Part shown: positions 27,793-36,826 of the stretch, in pieces
How the letters are laid out: each line of letters begins with the position of its first letter
How positions within the stretch are numbered: the first letter of the stretch is position 1
Assembly: GCA_964634465.1 (NCBI GenBank)
Contig: CAZWLY010000016.1
Location: forward strand, 7,771 to 71,770
Direction: 5' to 3'
Length of the DNA: 64,000 nucleotides
Source: an uncultured Thermodesulfobacteriota bacterium
Lineage (GTDB): Bacteria > Desulfobacterota > Desulfarculia > G963662305
Program-made: the position numbers and the translations under genes
The notes under the pieces: model-generated
Databases searched by the model: none
What the model saw: the letters and a program-made list of their open reading frames with translations, nothing else
What the model was told of the DNA's origin: nothing

Positions 27793-27807
27793 AATGGTAT
27801 TACCATT
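27793..27807. promoter_or_regulatory. Perfect 7-1-7 palindrome AATGGTAtTACCATT (TGGT-N3-ACCA GntR-type operator) in the GntR/esterase divergent region
   Basis: It matches the FadR/GntR consensus t.GT-N-AC.a. It lies about 30 bp upstream of the GntR start, between the divergent GntR and esterase genes. Confidence 0.45.
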
Positions 27808-28086
27808 TGTCCATCACCGGGTCAAGCCACTTTAGGACGGCTTTACGAATATTTCGGCCCGCAGTCGAGGTTGGCGGCCGACTCCAGTCCGGCGCGCCGT
27901 GGCCGAGGGGCGGGCGAAGACGGGGAATCTGCGGGCGGTCGATTTGTTGTATTTATAGGCAACCGACTGGAGGCGGTCTTTCCGGCGGCGGCTCTTTTGG
28001 AGCCGGGCTGGCTTGCTCGAAGGGGCGGGGCCGGAATATGATTAGATGGTGACGGCCGGCAACCGAAACTTTCACCGAAGAACGTC

Positions 28087-29061
28087 ATGTCCGCCTATCG
28101 GTTTCTGCCCCACATCGCCGAGTTGATCAAAACGGCCCAGGAGAGCGACGCCCCGCTGCTGAGCTCTCTGACCCCGGCCGAGGCCCGGGCGGTCCGGAAC
28201 CCGATCATCAAGGGCCACCTCGGCCCGCCGGAGGAGGTGGCCCGGGTCGAGGACCGGCTGATAGCCGCCGGCGAGGCCGAAATTCCGATTCGGGTCTACA
28301 CCCCTTTCGGCCGCGGCCCCTGGCCGGTGGTGGTCTATTTTCACGGCGGCGGCTGGGTGGTCGGCGACCTGGAGACCCACGACAGCCTTTGCCGGGCCTT
28401 GACCAACGGGGTGGGGGCGGTGGTCGTGGCGGTCGATTACCGGCTCGCTCCCGAGCACAAGTTCCCGGCCGCGGTCGAGGACGCCTACGCCGCCACCGGA
28501 TGGGCGGCCGACAACGCGACCGGCATCGGGGGTGATCCCCATCGTCTGGCCGTGGCCGGCGACAGCGCCGGCGGCAACCTGGCCGCGGCGGTCTGCCTCA
28601 TGGCCCGGGATCGGGGCGGCCCGGCGATCGGGTATCAGTTGTTGGTCTACCCGGTCATGGACCTGTCTTCCCTCGACACCGAAACCTATCGCGATTACGC
28701 CGACGCCTTCATTCTGACCAAGGACGGCATGGCCTATTTTATCGGTCACTATCTGAGGCGAGCCGAGGACGCCCTCGATCCCTACGCCTCGCCGCTGTTG
28801 GCCGAGGACCTCAGCGGCCTGCCGCCGGCGCTGATCATCACCGCCCAGTACGACGTCTTGACCAGCGAGGGCCGGGCTTACGCCGAGCGGCTCAGGCGGG
28901 CCGGGGTGGAGGCGACCTACTCGGAGTATCCCGGCGTCATCCACCTCTTTTTCGGTATGAGCGCCCTCGATCGAAGCCAAAACGGTCTCGACGAGGCCTT
29001 TGCCGCGTTGAAGACGGCTTTGGCCGGGCAGCCGGACCGGCCGGGGAACATGCCCACATAA
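28087..29061 (+). CDS. Alpha/beta-hydrolase esterase/lipase (hormone-sensitive-lipase family)
   Basis: 324 aa. The HGGGW oxyanion motif, the GDSAGG nucleophile elbow and a conserved His near the C-terminus are present. Confidence 0.85.
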   Translation: MSAYRFLPHIAELIKTAQESDAPLLSSLTPAEARAVRNPIIKGHLGPPEEVARVEDRLIAAGEAEIPIRVYTPFGRGPWPVVVYFHGGGWVVGDLETHDSLCRALTNGVGAVVVAVDYRLAPEHKFPAAVEDAYAATGWAADNATGIGGDPHRLAVAGDSAGGNLAAAVCLMARDRGGPAIGYQLLVYPVMDLSSLDTETYRDYADAFILTKDGMAYFIGHYLRRAEDALDPYASPLLAEDLSGLPPALIITAQYDVLTSEGRAYAERLRRAGVEATYSEYPGVIHLFFGMSALDRSQNGLDEAFAALKTALAGQPDRPGNMPT

Positions 29062-29074
29062 TAAGGAGTCGATC

Positions 29075-30094
29075 GTGCAGGAGATTTGGGATCGAGCCAG
29101 GGAACTGATGGCCGGCAAGTGCCGGGTTTGCCCGGTCTGTGACGGCCGGCGGTGTCCGAGCGGCGTGCCCGGCATGGGCGGCGCCGGGTCCGGGGCCTCG
29201 TTTCGGGCCAATTACGACGCCCTGGCCCGGCTCAGGCTCAACATGCGCCTCATCCACGATGCGCTCGATCCGGATGTCTCGGTCGAGCTTTTCGGCCGGA
29301 GGCTGGCCATGCCGGTCCTGGCCGCGCCGGTGGCCGGGGTGGCCTTCAACATGACCGAGGCGGTGAGTGAGGAGGACTACATCCGGAGCGTGTTCGAAGC
29401 CTGCCGGGAGGCGGGCGTCCTGGCCGGTTGCGGCGACGGCGCCTTGGATGCCGTCCACCGGGCCGGTCTCAGAGCGACCCGGTCGGTCGGGGCGACGGCC
29501 GTCCCCTTCATCAAGCCTTGGGTCGAGACGGAGGTGCTCGAACGCTTCCAGCTCTTCGCCCAGGCCGGAGCCGAGATCGGCGGCCTGGACATCGACGCCG
29601 CCGGCCTGATCACCCTGACCAGGATGGGCAAACCCGTCTCGCCCAAGACGCTGGCCCAACACCGGCGAATCATCGAAAAATCACCGCTCAAAGTGATCCT
29701 GAAAGGGGTGATGACCCCTGACGACGCCGAGCGGGCCGCCGAAGCCGGTGCGGCCGGCATCGTCGTCTCCAACCACGGCGGTCGGGTCCTGGAGGCCGCG
29801 CCCGGCACGGCCGAGGTCCTGCCGGCCATCGTCCGGGCGGTCAAGGGTAAGCTGGCCGTTCTGGTCGACGGCGGGGTGAGGTCCGGCGCGGACGTACTCA
29901 AGATGCTGGCCCTGGGGGCCGACGCCGTCCTGATCGGGCGGCCGCTGGCCATCGCCGCCGTCGGGGGCGGCCGGGAGGGCGTGGCGCGCTACCTGGCTCA
30001 GGTCAAATCCGAGCTGATCCAGGCCATGATCCTGACCGGCTGCCGGGACCTGGCCGCCATCGGGCCGGAGGTCATTTTCGACCCGGTCCGCTGA
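29075..30094 (+). CDS. FMN-dependent alpha-hydroxy-acid dehydrogenase family protein with an N-terminal CxxCxxCx4C motif
   Basis: 339 aa with a GTG start after an AAGGAG RBS. It shows an FMN_dh-like TIM barrel (SNHGGR, GADAVLIGRP). The first 30 residues contain CRVCPVCDGRRC. Confidence 0.75.
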   Translation: MQEIWDRARELMAGKCRVCPVCDGRRCPSGVPGMGGAGSGASFRANYDALARLRLNMRLIHDALDPDVSVELFGRRLAMPVLAAPVAGVAFNMTEAVSEEDYIRSVFEACREAGVLAGCGDGALDAVHRAGLRATRSVGATAVPFIKPWVETEVLERFQLFAQAGAEIGGLDIDAAGLITLTRMGKPVSPKTLAQHRRIIEKSPLKVILKGVMTPDDAERAAEAGAAGIVVSNHGGRVLEAAPGTAEVLPAIVRAVKGKLAVLVDGGVRSGADVLKMLALGADAVLIGRPLAIAAVGGGREGVARYLAQVKSELIQAMILTGCRDLAAIGPEVIFDPVR

Positions 30095-30123
30095 CGGAGT
30101 CCCTTTTCGGTCGTCGCGGCGAT

Positions 30124-30291
30124 CTAGGTATAGGGTTCGGTGACGACGATGAACTCCCAGGGCTGCAGGTGGAGGGGGCTGGGAGCCCACTGGCAGGCGG
30201 CGATCAGTTCGAGGATGGTCTCTTCGTCCACCGAGCTGGACTCGAAGGCCCGGCAACTGCGCCTCGATTTGAGGACCTCCTGAAACTCCAT
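30124..30291 (-). pseudogene. Truncated nitroreductase-family gene remnant (N-terminal 55 codons only)
   Basis: MEFQEVLKSRRSCRAFESSSVDEETILELIAACQWAPSPLHLQPWEFIVVTEPYT followed by a stop. This is a typical nitroreductase N-terminus with a strong RBS, but it ends after about 55 aa, abutting the 3' end of the convergent FMN-dependent dehydrogenase gene. Confidence 0.45.
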
Positions 30292-30514
30292 GGCCGATCC
30301 TCCTTCCCCAAACCGAGTTGGCCTTGGTTTGGAAGTCTTGGCGGATGTCGTCTCTTTTTCTCGCTGGTTTCGACCCTTACTGAACTGTGACACAAAAACC
30401 GGCCGCTGTAGACGCGCTCCGGCGATAGACGTCGTCCCGCCGCTTGCCTTCGAGCCGCCGGCCGGGTAGATTCGGGGCGGTATTCGTTGCTCGAGACGCA
30501 AGGAGAAAACGAGG

Positions 30515-31009
30515 ATGAAGGCCGAGCGGACGCCGGTGGAAATTCGGCCGGCGACGGAGGAGGACGTTCCCCTACTCTTGGGGCTGATCAAGGAGTTGGC
30601 CGAGTACGAGAGGCTGTCCCATCAGGTCGAGGCCGACGAAAAGACGCTGGCCGAATCGCTCTTCGGCCGCCGGCCGTCGGTCGAGGCGTTGGTGCTCCAC
30701 TGGCAGGGCGAGCCGGCGGGATACTGTTTCTTTTTCCACAACTTCTCGACCTTTGCCGGCCGGCCGGGCCTCTACGTCGAGGATATCTACGTCAGGCCCG
30801 AGTTTAGGCGCCGCGGTCTCGGCCGGGCGGTCTTCGGCTATCTGGCCCGCTTGGCCCAAAAGCGGGGCTGTTGCCGGCTGGAGTTCGCCGTCTTGGACTG
30901 GAACGAGCCGGCCCTGAGCTTCTACGAGCGCCTGGGAGCCGGCCCCTTGCCCGAGTGGCGTCTGTTTCGGTTCGACGAGACCGGCATCGCCCGGTTGGCC
31001 GGGAACTGA
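30515..31009 (+). CDS. GNAT-family N-acetyltransferase
   Basis: 164 aa. The acetyl-CoA binding motif is RRRGLGRAVFGYLARLA and the fold is GNAT. Confidence 0.85.
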   Translation: MKAERTPVEIRPATEEDVPLLLGLIKELAEYERLSHQVEADEKTLAESLFGRRPSVEALVLHWQGEPAGYCFFFHNFSTFAGRPGLYVEDIYVRPEFRRRGLGRAVFGYLARLAQKRGCCRLEFAVLDWNEPALSFYERLGAGPLPEWRLFRFDETGIARLAGN

Positions 31010-31060
31010 GCGCGGCCAAGGCGGACCCGGTTCTGAACGGCCCGGCCGTTATCGGGCCGC

Positions 31061-31603
31061 TCAGGGTAGGAACCGAAACGAGGCGATCGAGCGATCCATG
31101 ATCCACCGGTAGCGCTCGAACATGTCCAGCGGGGCGGTGTAGCCGATCCAGTAGTAATACTCCCCCCGCTCGGTCAGGTACTGCTCCTGCCCGTACATGT
31201 CCTTCGTGCCGGCGAGCTGGTAGCGGGCGACGAGTCGCACCGCCGGCTGTCCGGCCAGACGACCCCGTTCTTTCGAGATCAGCTTGAAACGAGGCGCGCT
31301 GCTCCACTGCCTGATAATCTCGGCAATCTGATCCTCAAGGCTGGTTTCAGGGGTGCGGAAGACTATCTGGACGTTGATGGTGGTGAAATACTCCGGGCTG
31401 CCCTTGGGCCCGGAAAAGATGAGCGCGTTGGCGCTCTCGGTCTTCTTCAACTCGGTTACCCAATGGGCCGGAACCTCGAAGGCGAACTTGAACTTGTCGT
31501 TGAGATAGGGCTTGAACCCCTGAGCCGAGGCCTCGAAGGCGATCAGGCTCAGCACCAGTGTCGTTACCAGCCAAAGCAGACAACGTTCGATCTTGGCCGC
31601 CAT
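31061..31603 (-). CDS. Secreted/periplasmic hypothetical protein (possibly a PsbP/DcrB-like DUF1795 fold)
   Basis: 180 aa with a GGGAGG RBS and a signal peptide ending FEASAQG. I did not recognise a catalytic motif. Confidence 0.65.
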   Translation of the reverse strand: MAAKIERCLLWLVTTLVLSLIAFEASAQGFKPYLNDKFKFAFEVPAHWVTELKKTESANALIFSGPKGSPEYFTTINVQIVFRTPETSLEDQIAEIIRQWSSAPRFKLISKERGRLAGQPAVRLVARYQLAGTKDMYGQEQYLTERGEYYYWIGYTAPLDMFERYRWIMDRSIASFRFLP

Positions 31604-31986
31604 TTAACCTCCCGGTGAAATGAACTCGTTTTTTATCGGCCTCTGGAATCTACGCCCGAGAACAGGTTGGGCCTGCCTGGGTCTTTAGGGCCGGCGGGTA
31701 CAAACTCACGTTTCATATTGACAGCTCAAATCCCGGCCGTCTACAACATAAAATGTATGCCAAGGGTCATCTCTGGTCTTTAATCGGGCAGACACCAGCT
31801 AAAGCCGCTTCTCGGATGGGATCGGGTCGGCGGGCGGAAACGAGTCTCTGAATTATCCGGCCGAGGGGCGAAAAACCGGCTTTCCATCATATCTGGCTAG
31901 CGGTCGGTGAAAACTTTTCGGGGGCGGCCGGCGCCGGGGGGCGTCATCGCTCGGGGCGGGCGGCCGACACAAGGGGAGGACCAATC

Positions 31987-33273
31987 ATGCCAAAGAGAGT
32001 CCGTTTGGGTTGGTTAACCATCTTCTTCGCCGTCGTCTTGCTGTTGCCGGCTCTGAGCTCGGCCCCCGCCGCCAAAGCGGCCGAGCCGATCATCATCGGC
32101 GTGCCTACGTCTCTGGGTTTCCTGGAGGGTAAGGAGTCCTTGAACGCGGTCAAGCTGGCCGTGGAGGAGATCAACGCCGCCGGCGGGGTCAAGGTCGGCG
32201 GGGTGAGCCGCCCCTTCAAGATCAAGGCCCTGGACATCCGCGACGCCGCCCCCGGCGTCCCCGTGCCCGAGGCCCTTTTGGGTCTGGAGAAGATCATCCT
32301 GGAGTCCAAGCCCCACGCCATCGTGGTCGGTCCCTTCAGGTCCGAGGCTCTCCTGGCCGGGATGGACATCATCGCCAAGTACAAGGTGCCGATGCTGGGC
32401 ACCATCGCCATGACCCCGGCCTCGGAGAAGAAGATCCAGGAGAACCCGGCCAAGTACAAGTACATCTTCCGGGTCAGCTTGAACGTCAGGTATTGGGCCG
32501 GACTCCTGCTGGGCACGATGAAGATGATCAAGGACGAGTTCGGCTTCACCAAGGTCTACCTCTTGAACCAGGACGTCCTGTGGGCCCGGGGTACGGCCGG
32601 GGCGATGAAGAAGCTGCTGCCCAAGCAGGGCTGGGAGGTTCTGGGACAGGACCAGTTCCCCACCGGCTCGTCCAAGTTCGCCCCGGTGCTGATGAAGGCC
32701 AAGGCCAAGGGGACCCAGGTGATCTTCACCTGCTTCGACATGCCCCAGAGCGGCATTCTGGTCAAGCAGTGGAAATCGATGAAGGTGCCCTCTCTGATGG
32801 CTGGATTCATCTCGCCCATGGCCGGCCAGGTGGCTTGGCAGACCTTCGACGCCAAGATCGGCGGCCTGATGAACGCCATCTTCGAGACGGGCAACATCCC
32901 CTCGGCCAGGTACGCCCCGGCGGCCAAGTTCTACAACGCCTATCAGAAGCGCTTCGGCGAGGCGATCCAGGCCGGCCACGGCCCGGCCCCCAGCTACGAG
33001 TCGGTCTACGTCTTGAAGGAGGCCGTCGAGCGGGCCAACAGCCTCGATCCCGACGCCATCGTGGCCGCGTTGGAGAAGACCGATCGCCAGGGCGTGATGG
33101 GCCGGATCAAGTTCAGCCCCGGCCATCAGGTCATCTACGGTCTCGATCCGGCCAAGACGGCCACGGCCTGTTTCTTCCAGTGGGGCGAGGACGGCAAGCG
33201 GAACATCGTCTATCCGCCGGCCCTGGCCGAGAGCGCCATCAAGCTGCCGCCTTGGCTCAAGTCGACCAAGTGA
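31987..33273 (+). CDS. ABC transporter substrate-binding protein, LivK/branched-chain amino-acid type (Peripla_BP_6)
   Basis: 428 aa with a GGGGAGG RBS and a signal peptide. It is the first gene of a five-gene Liv-type operon. Confidence 0.9.
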   Translation: MPKRVRLGWLTIFFAVVLLLPALSSAPAAKAAEPIIIGVPTSLGFLEGKESLNAVKLAVEEINAAGGVKVGGVSRPFKIKALDIRDAAPGVPVPEALLGLEKIILESKPHAIVVGPFRSEALLAGMDIIAKYKVPMLGTIAMTPASEKKIQENPAKYKYIFRVSLNVRYWAGLLLGTMKMIKDEFGFTKVYLLNQDVLWARGTAGAMKKLLPKQGWEVLGQDQFPTGSSKFAPVLMKAKAKGTQVIFTCFDMPQSGILVKQWKSMKVPSLMAGFISPMAGQVAWQTFDAKIGGLMNAIFETGNIPSARYAPAAKFYNAYQKRFGEAIQAGHGPAPSYESVYVLKEAVERANSLDPDAIVAALEKTDRQGVMGRIKFSPGHQVIYGLDPAKTATACFFQWGEDGKRNIVYPPALAESAIKLPPWLKSTK

Positions 33274-33358
33274 CCATATCCGGCTGAATCGAGCCTCGAG
33301 CGGGGCCCCGGGCGGCCGGGGCCCCAAAAGTTGAGGGCGCAAGGAAGGCTGTTCTCCG

Positions 33359-34231
33359 ATGCTGGCAGGCACCCTGGTCTACGGTTTCGTCAACAGTGTG
33401 ATTCTGGTCGTCGTCGCCCTGGGCTTCAACCTGACCTTCGGCATCAGCGGCGTGGCCAACTTCGCCTACGGGGCGCTCTACGTCACCGCCGGCTTCATCA
33501 CCTGGCTGGGGCTCAACCGCCTCGGCCTGCCCTACTGGCCGGCGGCGTTGGCGGCCGTCGCCTTCACCGCGCTTCTGGCCGGGCTGATGTACCGCTACGT
33601 GCTCTTGAGGGTCCGGGGGTTGGTGGTCAGCGAGGTCATCGCCACCTTCGGCGTGGGGTTGGCCATCCTGGAGCTGTTCCGCTATCTGGGCTTCATCGGC
33701 TTCGAGTACAGCCTGCCCCAGATGATCGACGCCTCGGTGATGATCGGCCCGGTCTACATCGACGCCCAGCGGCTGATCATCGTCGGCGCCGGCGTCGGCC
33801 TGGCCCTGTTTTTGTGGCTCTTTACCCGTTACACCAAGACCGGCCGGGCCTTTCGGGCCATCGCCCAGGACGAGCACACCGCCTTGACCCTGGGCGTCAA
33901 CACCGAGCGGGTGGCGACCATCTCGGTCGCCTTCGGTGCGGCCTACGCCGCCGTGGCCGCCCTGGTCATCCTGCCCTTGGGCACGGTGGCCGTCAACGAG
34001 GGCTACCACGTCCTGATCGACGCCCTGGCGGTGTGCATCGTCGGCGGACTGGGTTCGACGGTCGGGGTGATCGTGGCCGGATTCCTGATCGGCTTCGCCC
34101 AGACCTTGACCGCCTTCTACTGGGAGACCCACTGGATGATGATCATCTCCCTGGTGGCCATTCTGGTCATATTGTTGATAAAACCATCGGGGTTGTTCGG
34201 CTCGTTCAAGGAGCTGGAGGAGCGGATATAG
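33359..34231 (+). CDS. livH: Branched-chain amino-acid-type ABC permease
   Basis: 290 aa polytopic protein with LivH-family sequence. Confidence 0.9.
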   Translation: MLAGTLVYGFVNSVILVVVALGFNLTFGISGVANFAYGALYVTAGFITWLGLNRLGLPYWPAALAAVAFTALLAGLMYRYVLLRVRGLVVSEVIATFGVGLAILELFRYLGFIGFEYSLPQMIDASVMIGPVYIDAQRLIIVGAGVGLALFLWLFTRYTKTGRAFRAIAQDEHTALTLGVNTERVATISVAFGAAYAAVAALVILPLGTVAVNEGYHVLIDALAVCIVGGLGSTVGVIVAGFLIGFAQTLTAFYWETHWMMIISLVAILVILLIKPSGLFGSFKELEERI

Positions 34232-34305
34232 TGTCGCCTCTGCTGACCATGCCCCGGGCGGGGGCGATCGTCGCGACCGGCGTTTTGGGGCCGCACGACT
34301 AGACC

Positions 34306-35307
34306 ATGGCCAGGCGCAAGGAGAGACTGGACCGCGGAATCAAGGTCAGGAGCGAGGACATCTACGCCTTGAACTCCTGGCGGGAGATACTCTACCTCAT
34401 CGCCCCCCGGGTGGTTCCGGTGGTGGGCCTGTTGGCCCTGGCCGCGATCGTCAACCCTTACTGGCAGCGGGTCCTTATCTCCACGGCCATGTTCGGGCTC
34501 CTGGCCATCTCGTGGGACGTCTTGGCCTCGACGGGCATGGTTTCCCTGGGCCAGGCCCTCTTTTTCGGGGTCGGGGCCTACGTGGCCGGGTCGATCAATC
34601 ACTACCTGGGCTGGCCGGCCTTCGTCACCATTCCCCTGGCCACCGTCGTCGGCGGGGCCATCTGCACCCTGCTGCTCTTGCCGGTCCTTCGCCTTCGGGG
34701 CATCTACTTCGCCATGGTCACCCTGATCCTGCCGCTGATGATCGAGCGGATCATCGAGGCGACCAAGATCCTGGGCGGCACCGAGGGCCTCAGCGGGTTG
34801 GACTCGCTGCCCGGCCAGAGAGTGGAGATCGCCGTGGCCATGGTGGTCTTGTGGGTCGCCCTCTTTGGCTTTAGGCGGTTGATGGGTTCCGACTACGGCC
34901 TGGTGTTGAAGGGGATCAACGACAACGACCGGGCGGTGATGAGCGCCGGTTTCAACATCCACTGGCGCAAGGCCCAGGCCCTGTTTTTGGCCGGTTCCAC
35001 CGGAGCCTTCGCCGGAGCGTTCATGACCCACGCCTACATGTTCGTCGGCATGCCGGTCTTCGCCCTGGACTACTCCATTCTGCCCATCGCCGCCTCGGCC
35101 GTGGGGGGGCTGGGCACCCTGGCCGGGCCGACGTTGGGGGCGTTCATCCTGGTCCCGATGAGCGAGTTCCTGCGGGGCCTGGGTGGCTTGAGGATCGTCA
35201 TCTACGCCGTGCTGCTGGTCGTCTTCACCGTCGGTTTGCCCGAAGGCGTCTTCCCCTATCTCAGACGCAAGTACCAGCAGTTCGAGCGCTGGGTGGAGGT
35301 GGAGTGA
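34306..35307 (+). CDS. livM: Branched-chain amino-acid-type ABC permease
   Basis: 333 aa with LivM-family sequence. It overlaps livG by 4 bp. Confidence 0.9.
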   Translation: MARRKERLDRGIKVRSEDIYALNSWREILYLIAPRVVPVVGLLALAAIVNPYWQRVLISTAMFGLLAISWDVLASTGMVSLGQALFFGVGAYVAGSINHYLGWPAFVTIPLATVVGGAICTLLLLPVLRLRGIYFAMVTLILPLMIERIIEATKILGGTEGLSGLDSLPGQRVEIAVAMVVLWVALFGFRRLMGSDYGLVLKGINDNDRAVMSAGFNIHWRKAQALFLAGSTGAFAGAFMTHAYMFVGMPVFALDYSILPIAASAVGGLGTLAGPTLGAFILVPMSEFLRGLGGLRIVIYAVLLVVFTVGLPEGVFPYLRRKYQQFERWVEVE

Positions 35308-36071
35308 TGGCCGGGCGGCCGATCATCGCCGTCGAAGGATTGAGCAAGGCGTTCGGCGGGGTCAAGGCGGTGGACGACGTCTCCTTCGAGCTCGAGGAGA
35401 ATCGCCTGTTGGGTGTCATCGGCCCCAACGGCTCGGGCAAGACGACCCTGGTCAACCTGATCACCGGCTTTGTCAAGCCCGATTCGGGCCGGGTCGCCTT
35501 CAAGGGCCGGGACATCACCGGCCTGCCCCCCTACAAGGTGGCCGATTTGGGCATCGCCAGGGCCTTCCAGATGGTCAAGCCCTTTTACGGCCTCAAGGCC
35601 TACAAGAACCTGGTCGTCTCCCTCTCCTCGCCCCGGGTCAAGCGGATGGCCGGCGGGGCCTACGGCGACCGGGACGCGGTGGCCAAGGACCTCCTGGAAG
35701 AAGTCGGCTTCGAGCGCGATTCCTGGGTCATCGCCAAGCAGGCCAGTTCACTGCCCCACGGCTACCTGAAACGGTTGGAGCTGGCCCGGTGCATCGCGCT
35801 CAGGCCCGAGGTCATCCTGTTGGACGAGCTCTTCTCCGGCCTGTCGCTGGCCGAGGTGGCCAGCCTGGTTCCGGTCATCGACAAACTCAAGGCCCAGGGC
35901 AAGACGATCATCATGATCGAGCACCGCCTGCGCGAACTTTTCAGGATTGCCGATTCGGTCATCGTCTTGAATTTCGGTCGCAAGATCGCCGAGGGCCCGC
36001 CGGACGAGGTCATGGCCAGCCCCGAGGTCAAAAACGCCTACCTGGGCAGCGAGGCGGAGGCGGCCGAGTGA
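35304..36071 (+). CDS. livG: ABC transporter ATP-binding protein
   Basis: 255 aa. Walker A reads GPNGSGKTT and a LivG-type C-terminal extension is present. Confidence 0.9.
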   Translation: MMAGRPIIAVEGLSKAFGGVKAVDDVSFELEENRLLGVIGPNGSGKTTLVNLITGFVKPDSGRVAFKGRDITGLPPYKVADLGIARAFQMVKPFYGLKAYKNLVVSLSSPRVKRMAGGAYGDRDAVAKDLLEEVGFERDSWVIAKQASSLPHGYLKRLELARCIALRPEVILLDELFSGLSLAEVASLVPVIDKLKAQGKTIIMIEHRLRELFRIADSVIVLNFGRKIAEGPPDEVMASPEVKNAYLGSEAEAAE

Positions 36072-36814
36072 TCGAGGTCAAGAATCTTCTCGTCTTCTAC
36101 GAAAACGCGGTGGCGGTCAACGACCTGTCGCTCAAGGTCGAGGCCGGCCAGATGGTCGGGGTGATCGGCTCCAACAGCGCCGGCAAGACGACCCTGATGA
36201 ACACCCTCTCGGGGCTGATCCTCGATCAGCGGCTCAAAGAGCAGCGCAAGGGCGGCGAGCGGATCACCATCCTGGGCCGGATCATCTACGAGGGCGAGGA
36301 CATCACCGACATGGAGCCCTTTGAGCGGGCCCGGCGGGGCATCGTCTTGTGCCGGGAGCGACACCCCATCTTTCCCGACAGTACGGTGGTTGAAAACCTG
36401 CGTATGGCCGGCCACTTGCGAACCCGGGCCGAGGTCAAGGAGTCGCTGGAGCGGGTCTTCGACCTCTTCCCCAACCTGACCCGCTGGCGGCGGCGCAAGG
36501 CCGGTTTTCTCTCCGGCGGGGAGCAGCAGATGCTGGCCATCGGGATGGCGCTCGTGGTTCGGCCCCGGCTGCTGCTGTTGGACGAGCCGCTTTTGGGCCT
36601 CTCGCCGGCCATGCAGGAGGCGGTCTTGAAGGCGATCAGAAGCGTGAGCCGGGGCGGGGTGACCATCGTCATCGCCGAGCAGTTCGCCCGGCCGGTGCTG
36701 CCGATGATCGATTTCGGCTACGTCATCGAGAACGGGATGCTGACCCTGACCGGCACCGGTTCGGAGTTGATGGACAACCCCGAGATCAAATCGGCCTACT
36801 TCGGCCTGTCGTGA
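36068..36814 (+). CDS. livF: ABC transporter ATP-binding protein
   Basis: 248 aa with a GTG start in a GTGA overlap with the livG stop. Walker A reads GSNSAGKTT and the signature LSGGEQQMLAIG is present. Confidence 0.9.
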   Translation: MIEVKNLLVFYENAVAVNDLSLKVEAGQMVGVIGSNSAGKTTLMNTLSGLILDQRLKEQRKGGERITILGRIIYEGEDITDMEPFERARRGIVLCRERHPIFPDSTVVENLRMAGHLRTRAEVKESLERVFDLFPNLTRWRRRKAGFLSGGEQQMLAIGMALVVRPRLLLLDEPLLGLSPAMQEAVLKAIRSVSRGGVTIVIAEQFARPVLPMIDFGYVIENGMLTLTGTGSELMDNPEIKSAYFGLS

Positions 36815-36826
36815 GGGCAAGGCAAG

